A stretch of 64,000 nucleotides of DNA from Clostridia bacterium (GTDB taxonomy: Bacteria; Bacillota; Clostridia; Christensenellales; UBA1242): positions 162,183 to 226,182 of the forward strand of contig JAZONM010000005.1 of assembly GCA_045654505.1 (NCBI GenBank). The letters are read 5' to 3'. The notes beneath the pieces were generated by a model. It was given only the letters and a program-made list of their open reading frames with translations. It did no database searches and was not told the origin of the DNA. Every line of letters begins with the position of its first letter. The stretch's first letter is position 1. The position numbers and the translations under genes were made by a program. Of this stretch, positions 1 through 9,000 are shown piece after piece.

Positions 1-3000
1 ATAGCTCTATCAGCAATATAAACGTAAAAGGTAGTGACTATGTAGCAGGTTTTGCTGGTATCAATGGTGGTTATATTAGTTCTTCCTTCTTTAAAGGCGG
101 AAGTGTAATCTCTAATGAGAAAAATACAAAGGCTCAAGCAATTACAGCAGGTTTTGTAGCTCAAAATATGAGCGGTAAAATTCAATACTGCTATGTCCTT
201 GGTGCTGAAAATAGAGATACATTTGATGTGACACAAAAAACTATAAGTTATACCGCAAATGGTAATCCTGCTACTGCGATTGAAGACAACACTACTTATA
301 TCGATAAAAACTCCAATCTACTTTATATCAATAAAAACAGTGACGCTGACAAACTTGAAGTAGATTTGAGTGCGTATGCTGGATACAATTTCTATAAAGA
401 TTATAAAGATAATGACGAGTATAAATACATTTCTCAATTCAGAGCGCTAGGTTCGGTTGTTTATACCAACAACTACGCTTCGGGATTTGTAGGTGAAAAT
501 AAAGCATATATCTCCAATTCCTATTCCAATTTGGTGGTTTATGGAACATATGCCGCAGGCTTTACTATCAATAATAGTGAAGGTAATATCGAACACTGTT
601 ATACAATGTGTAGTATCGAGAATAGCGACAATACTCAATATCCATTTGCACGTGTTTCGGGTAAAATCAATAGTAGTTTTTATCTATTGATGTCAAGAAT
701 AGACAATCTACCATCAAAGGGTGACGTTGAGGACTATTATTTTGACAAATTCTCAAATGCAAGCTCGCAAGACGCAACCCAACTTTCTGCAAATGCCTTC
801 CAAGACTACAATACTTTCACAGCGTGGGCGTTTAATAGTGACTATTCCAACAACGTAAATATCATGGACGGAGTATGGTTTATACCACAAGCGACATATG
901 AAAATGATGAAGCTAAAGAAGCGACTCAAAACACATACAACGAATACTTTAAGGAAGATGACTATACACCTCTTAGACCAGAGCTTGTATCGGCAAATCT
1001 TCAATCTATATCTCTAAAATTCTTCCTTAATACTTCTACTGGTGATTCGGATGATGAGGATCTAGACACTACAGTCATAAATTGGGAATACATTGAAGTA
1101 CCTAAGTGGAAACGTAGCGTAAAAGATATTGAAGGAAATGTATTGGTAAGAGATGTCAATATAGCTCAAGGTTCTATCAATAATCCTCTTCTTGTATCTA
1201 CAGCAGAAGAATTTAACTTAAATTGTGGCGAACCAATAACAGAAACAGGTGTTCCGAATATGTCACGTAAAGATGCTGTACGTATGATACATGATATTTC
1301 ATTCAATAATATCGACCAAACAGCAAATACTTACAATGTGGACTATATCGGTAATTTTGAAGGAAATGGTCTTAGTATCAATAATCTAAGAATAAGTGCG
1401 GATAATGAGGATACTGCAGTACCTGCAGACGAAGTCACACGACTTGGACTATTTAGACGTATTGCAAGCACAACAGAAAAAGATCCTATTACAAACACTG
1501 ATGTTACAATCGTAGGTAATGTACGAAACCTAAACCTAAACATTGTGGAAATCAATGGTAGTAATGTCAATATGGTAGGTGTTTTGGCAGGTTCGATTGA
1601 TAGTGGACGAGTATACAATATTGTTATTGATGATGCCGAAGAAAATGTTAATGTCGAAGGACTTAATGCAGTAGGCGGACTAGCTGGATATATTAGCGGT
1701 GATGCAGAAGTAGTAAATGTAACAAGCAATGTATCTGTAAAAGCAAATGCAATCAATCAATACAATACTTTCTCGTACAAGAATCCTAATAAGCCAAACA
1801 ATCAATTTAAGATGTTTGTGTCAAATGCTAATACAAGGAAGGTTGATATTACAAACGTTTATTCGACTCTTGCAGAGACTATACGAAACACTAGTTATGT
1901 AGGTGCTATCGCAGGTATAATTGACGTAAATACGAATCCGGATACCAATTCGGCTCTTTCAAATATCAATAATATTGATCGTATTCGTCAATGTAATGTA
2001 GATGATGAAGTAAAACTTTCTGCAGAAGTAGTAGGAGGTATTGCTGGATTTGTAGGTAAAGATACATACATGAGTAGCTGTGCTATCAAAATACACGCAA
2101 ACTCTCAATTGAATGCTAGCCGTATAGCTGGTGGAGTAGTGGGACAAAACCAAGGCTTCATCAATAGAATTGCAATCGAGTATTCAAATCAAAAAGAGAT
2201 AGATGCTCAGTTTATACCAAAAACTGACAATACAAAAAATGATGAAACACTTTACAATAAGTATGACAATCCTACAAATAATGACGAGGCAAATGTACTT
2301 AATGTAAAACAAGATACATTTACAAACAATGCTCACTATATTGGTGGTATTGCAGGCGTGAATATTGGTGGTTATATCCACAATTCATATTCTCGTATCA
2401 ATGTAGTCAATGTTTCGGCTCAATATGCAGGTGGTATTATTGGTCTTAATATTGGTGCGCCTACCACAGAAGAAGTGCAATTTGACCAATTGTATTCTAC
2501 TGGTAGTGTGTATGCATTCTATGCATACGGCGGTATCATAGGATACCAACCTTACGTTGAGGTGCTTGAAACTGCTGAGAAATATCGTTTTGTAGACGAA
2601 GTTAGTTTTGAAGGTAAGGGTATAAATAGTTATGCCAATAATGTAAAAGATCTTATAGAAAGTGTTTATGGTATAACCCCTTCAAGTATTTCTGTAAAAA
2701 CTGACACTAAAGGCACAACGAAGACTGTACTTGATATTAAGACTACATATTCAAATATTGTAGGTGCCAATATATGGCGTCGTATTGACCTAAATACAAA
2801 TCGTACTCAATATTACGGAGGACATGCTCCAGCGATTGTAGGTACATTTGTAGGTTATACTACACTGTCGTATGACGGCAGCGATATAAAAGATGTAGAC
2901 TTGTCTATTTCTAAAAACCCAATAAATGAAAGAATGATTCATGAAAATTCGTTCTTCAAACAAACATTCAAATACTCTAGTCCAAATAATCTAGTACCAG

Positions 3001-6000
3001 AAATAGGCAATGCTGAATTGCTGGCAATTGATTATACAGACGTTAGAAAAGAGAGTATAACTAATTTCATTGTATACAAGAATAATACAAAAGAGTATTT
3101 CATTACCGGTGATTATGAAAATGATGGTTTGACTTATCGTTTCTCAAGATTGGCGTACTATGGAAGTATGCGTACTCTTAATGAAATGATACATCGTACA
3201 TATCTTATCGGAGATAATAGGAATGGTGCCAATTCGATATACACAAGATTGGGAACTTCAGTAATTGGTACATCAAGTGGTGGTGAATACGACCTTGACA
3301 AAGACACTGTCACCACAAATATATATCGCAATTGGAATGCCTTTAATTGGAATGGTGTACGTCTAGGAACCAACCAAACAATTTATAATGACATACAAGG
3401 CGTGAGAGATCTTTTCCCATCACTTGTTAATAATATACAGCCGGCTGTAGTGTACGTATATACAGAAGAAGATTTGAAATTGATGCATTCATATCGTAAC
3501 GCAAAATTCATACTTCAAAATGATATAATGTTGACTCAAGCATGGGAGCCAGTAGGAACATATACAAAACCTTTCAATGGCGAACTTTGCAGTAGTATCA
3601 GTAATGGCGCGTATAATGACTTTACAATCCGAAACCTTAATATTGACAGATACAACAATGATTACTTTGGTTTTGTGGCTGTATCAGCAAAATCCAATTT
3701 CCATCATTTCAATATTGAGTATTCGACTATAAAGTGTAATAAAGACAATGATGTCAATTCGACAATAGCAGGAGCGGTTTTACTTGGTTATGCTAAAAAT
3801 GGCCAAAAATCTTCGTCTATTCACAATGTAGATATCTTTGCAGAAAAAGCAGATTCTTATATCAACATCTATAGTACACGTTATGTCGGAGGACTTGTAG
3901 GACTAGCTGAAAATGTTGCTATTTACAATTGTTCGGTTAAAGGATTTGTTGAAATCAAAGAGGAGCCAGCGGCAGAGCCTGGTGCAGAGCCTACAAAAAT
4001 TGAAGTTGTAAATAAAATAAAATTCACTTCTTCAATGGCACTTGATAAAAACAGCAAATTAAGTTATCACTTTGGATTACTTGCTGGTCATATCTCGGTA
4101 TTTAATAATGTTGAGTCGACCACTCCACAAAATACTGTCGATGGAATAAAGATAATAATCGACAATAGTGAAGTCAAAACAGTAAGAGATTACAATGATG
4201 CACCTACTGCAGATGAGGATGCACAAAATCCTGATGAAGTGCCAAACAACACCAATATCAATATCGGTGGTATGTACGGTACTATTCTTGAAAAGACAGG
4301 CGCAGACAAAACAGAACTAGATATCAATATATTGAAAGATTCTTCAATTACTATCAATTTTGTACCATTTGCTGCAAGTGCTGAAAATTCTATCGAAAAT
4401 AATGAAGATCATATCAATATTGGTGGAATGATAGGAAATGTAGTTGATACAACATTAAACAATATTACTATGTCAAACTTTGATATCAATTACACTAATG
4501 AAAATAAGGTAATAGGTGCTATCAATATTGGTGGTGTAGTGGGTTATGGTACTGGAATAGTGACAAATGCCATTACCAGGACAACTTCTGATATTACTGT
4601 GACAAACGCACTTAACCGCACATCTTATAGTTATCGCATTGGTGGAGTATTTGGCTTTATCGTGCATTCGGAAAACATTGATTTAGATAACAATTTCACT
4701 AACAAAAAAGCGATAAAAGTAAATAATTCTAAGATTACTTTGAATGGTTTGACCGAAACCACCCCTGGCGGAGGTTCGTACTATATTGGTGGCTTTGCCG
4801 GTGAGGGAGATAGAAGTGCATTTGGGTATGTAATGGTAGATAATGGCACTACATATAAAAATAATGCTACTGGAGAGGTTGAGGTTACTGGAAAAACCGA
4901 TATTATCGAGTTTTTGACAGCGTCAACACAAAATGCTTATGTCGGTGGTGTGTACGGAAAACTTAATGGCGGAAGTCTTGGTTTTGCATATGCAATAGGT
5001 AATATCTATAGCAATAAAGACGCTAAAAGTACAGCTGCAGGCAGTACAAGCGCAGAACGTTATATCGGTGGAATAATTGGTTATGCAGGTGATATATGGT
5101 CAGGCGCTAACACATCAATCGATAATGTGGCCAGTGATGTGGATATCGTGGACTCGCAATATAATTCTGCTTCATTAGTTAGTAAAGTCGGTGGTGTTGT
5201 CGGTGTGTCTATGGGGGGCACAGCAATAGGCAAAGAAAACGTAATTACCAATGCTCACTCTACAGGTAAAATTTATGTGGAAAACAATATCTTATATACA
5301 AATGCTACAAATACTTCTGCTGGTGGTATTGTCGGATATGCTTCTTGGACCAATATTGACAATACTTATTCTGCTACTCAAATATTGCTGGGCAATGTAA
5401 AAGCTGGATCTTCTAGAAATGCATACTTAGAGAATGCAGCTGCTAAAGGCGGAATTGTAGGATCCATGGTAGGTGCAACAGGATTAGACGTAAACCACTC
5501 CTACTATGTCCAAGACTTCGTGCCATATGGCACTAGTGCTGGTATTGGAGTAGAGTATGACGAAATGATGGTAGAAGCACTATCATTTGGTGTAAATCGT
5601 ACCGAAGATGAGCCTAATCCAAGTAGTGGTCTTATCCTTAAGGACGAAAGGACGGATACAGATATCTTCACTACAGGAGTTGATAGATATCCTACACTTG
5701 CGTGGATTGAAGACATAGAGAATGCTTCAATTTACTGCAATCACACTAATACAGTACCATTTGTACTAAAAAATGATGCTGATATTGAAAAAGAAGGCGT
5801 GGCTGAAGGTACTGACTTATATATGGAAGCCAATCTAAGATACTCCAACAAAACAATATATTTTATTGGAAGTAAAGAAAATCCTGTGAAAATAATGAAG
5901 GATGCAGGTGATAGAAGTATTACAATAAATCCAATGACAACAATTATTGTTGATGGTGGTTTAGAAACAAATGCAACAATATATAATCATGGTACTATTA

Positions 6001-9000
6001 TTGGTAGTAATAACGAATTCTTGTATGATACTTCACAAACACTTGGTAAAAATAGTCATATTACAGGAACTCTACATAATGACAATACCGAAACCACTGA
6101 TTCTGATGGTGGTAATATTATCAATATTCAAGCAGATATCGAGATTCAAAAGGGATATGTATATGCTTCGTACATTACATACAATAAAAAGATTGAATAT
6201 ATCTATAATTCGGTTGTAAATTATGATAAGGCTATAGATATTGTGAATTCAACTGGTGATGTAGGCTGGTCTAATGCTTTACAAACTCTAATCATAGCTA
6301 AAACCGAACAATATATTTATAATTTCTCATCTATGGGCAGTAGTATATTTGATTTAACTTTTGACGAAAGTAAGTATGTAGATAAATTTATGAATACTGC
6401 GTTTGGTACTTCACTAGGAAATGCAGCCGATGTATCAAAATATTGGACTATGATTGCGGATAGTAATTCTGGTCGTCTTGTGCATTCATGGATGTATAAA
6501 GATAAGTATTTTGACACTATACTTGATAATGAGTATAGATATTATGAATATGATGAAGCAAATATAGATGATTTTAGTATTGACTCTATAGATGACCTTG
6601 TCTTATTTAAAGAAAAAGTAAATGCAGGTGAGTTTAGCGGAAATATCCAATTAAACACCGATATTGATCTTGGTGCAAAACTTTGGATGCCAATCGGAAC
6701 TGAAACCAATCCATTTACTGGCACATTTGATGGCAGTGGTCATACAATATCCAATATGCGTGTGATGGGAAATACATACAATGGTCTATTTGGCGTGACT
6801 AAAGATGCAACAATCAAAAATCTACGTATTAAGGACGCACAAGTAGCAGGGTATGGAAATTTGAGTCGAAGTGCAGTACTTATTGGTCAATCCATAGACA
6901 GAATTTCACTTGAAAAAGTAGGTGTGGAAGACGCACATATAGCCGGCAACAATATTGCTGGACTTATAGGTTCTTTGAATAGAAGTGAAGATGAAATAAT
7001 TCCACAAGTTTCTTTCCAACATGTATATGCTGTCGTTGCGGAAGGCGAATCGAGCATGGAAAACCAATATGCAATGCTTGTAGGAGACACTATTGATGCA
7101 ACAATTGATCCAGGTATTGAGATGGGTGAGGTGTATGCTGCAGAGATTAGAGTTGGTAAGGGCAACTCAACCTATGAAATAAATGAATATAGTAGCTACT
7201 TTTTGAGCACGAAGACTATTGACATGGTGAGCAATAATTCGATATATCTATTGACTAGAAATAGTGGACACTTAACAAAAGCAGTTAAAAAATCCAAATA
7301 TGAGATGCAGACCGAAATGCTGGAAGGCTTTAGTTGGTCTGAAGTATGGGTAAGAGAAAGTACCAAAAACTACGGTCTTCCTACTCTAAAATTTGAGATT
7401 GGTTATTGGATTGATGAAGGTAAAATATTGTCTGAGCTTGAAGAAGGTGAAATTTACAAAGGCATGTATGACGGAGCGGAGGTAGAATTGATAGCCCCTT
7501 CGTATGATACAGATACTAAAACATATACGATAATATATCCACATCATCTTGCGTGGGTAGCATATCAAGTAAATGAACTTAGCAAAAACTTTGAAGGCGA
7601 ACGCATTTTGATTACCCAAGCACTTGATCTATCGAGCATGATCTGGTCGCCAATAGGCACTGAAGAGGTACCATTTAAGGGTACGGTGTCAAGTGAATAC
7701 ATGGAAGACACAAAATCCACTCTTAAAATCTCAAATATGACTACATATGGTAATTATATGACTACATTTACAGAAGTGGAAGATTTAAATACTGGTTTTG
7801 TATTTGAAAGTCGTGATGTAAATACTACATATGGTGGTCTATTTGGTAATTTTGAAGGCACGCTAGAAAGCAATCAAATAAAATTTGACAATGCTGTGGT
7901 ACACAATACTGAGTATGCCGGAGTATTGGCGGGTAATATTAGCACAACAAGAGAATCATTGCCTATCACCACATTACAAAGTATTGATATAAAAGGTCAT
8001 GCAAATGTCGGTGGCCTTGTGGGTATGATGGTACAAACAGACGGTAGTAAGATAACAAAAATAACATGCAATGTGATAGATGCAGTAATTGCAGTATACA
8101 CTGCTACTAATGAAGAGCATGGACTATATGTCGGAGGTGTAGTCGGACACGGCACTAGAGTAAAAATACAAAATTCTACAGTACTAAATGCAAGTATTTC
8201 TGCAAAGGTAGACGAAAATGTAGATTATGAAAATGGTATTTTTGCAGGCGGTATTGCAGGATATGTAGATAGTAGCAAGATATTCAATTGCCAATTTGGT
8301 GACGATGCGGCTAGTAGTTATGGTTATGCCACATTGACATCCAATGGCAGTGCTGGCGGTATTGTCGCGGAAATGAAAGATACCGAATTATACGCATGTC
8401 TATCTTTCGGCCGCGTATATGGTAGACAATATGTCGGAGGCATAGTCGGACATATGACTGGAAGCAAGTCAATCGTTCAGAACGTGACAATGCAAGGTGA
8501 AATAGATTCGGATTATCACGAGGATGTGGACACATATACTGGCGGAATTGTCGGATATATGGAAAATGGATACTTGTCAGAGGCTGTATTTATTGGAAGC
8601 CTTCCTTCAGTAGCTGACAATTATATTTATGCTCACGAACTTGGTGGTGTAGTGGGTTATCATAAAGCCGGAAATATTGTAAACATATACAGCGACGTAC
8701 TTGATTTTTCTACGAAATCATATACATACTCCAATATATATGGTTATTTAGTGGGAAAAACAGACGCAATAGGTTCGATTTCTATGGCGGTACTTCAATG
8801 TGACAATAATTGTGCTTTTAATCTTTTAGGACAATGGAGTTGTAAATATACAGGTCTAATTGGAAACAAAGTCGGTGCTGAATATTCGCTTACCAAGCTT
8901 GCAAGTACAATTACTACATCATGCAGGATACATAATCTACATGATAATGATAGAAATTTTGTAGATTACTCTGATGGATATAAGGCATATTTGTATTCAT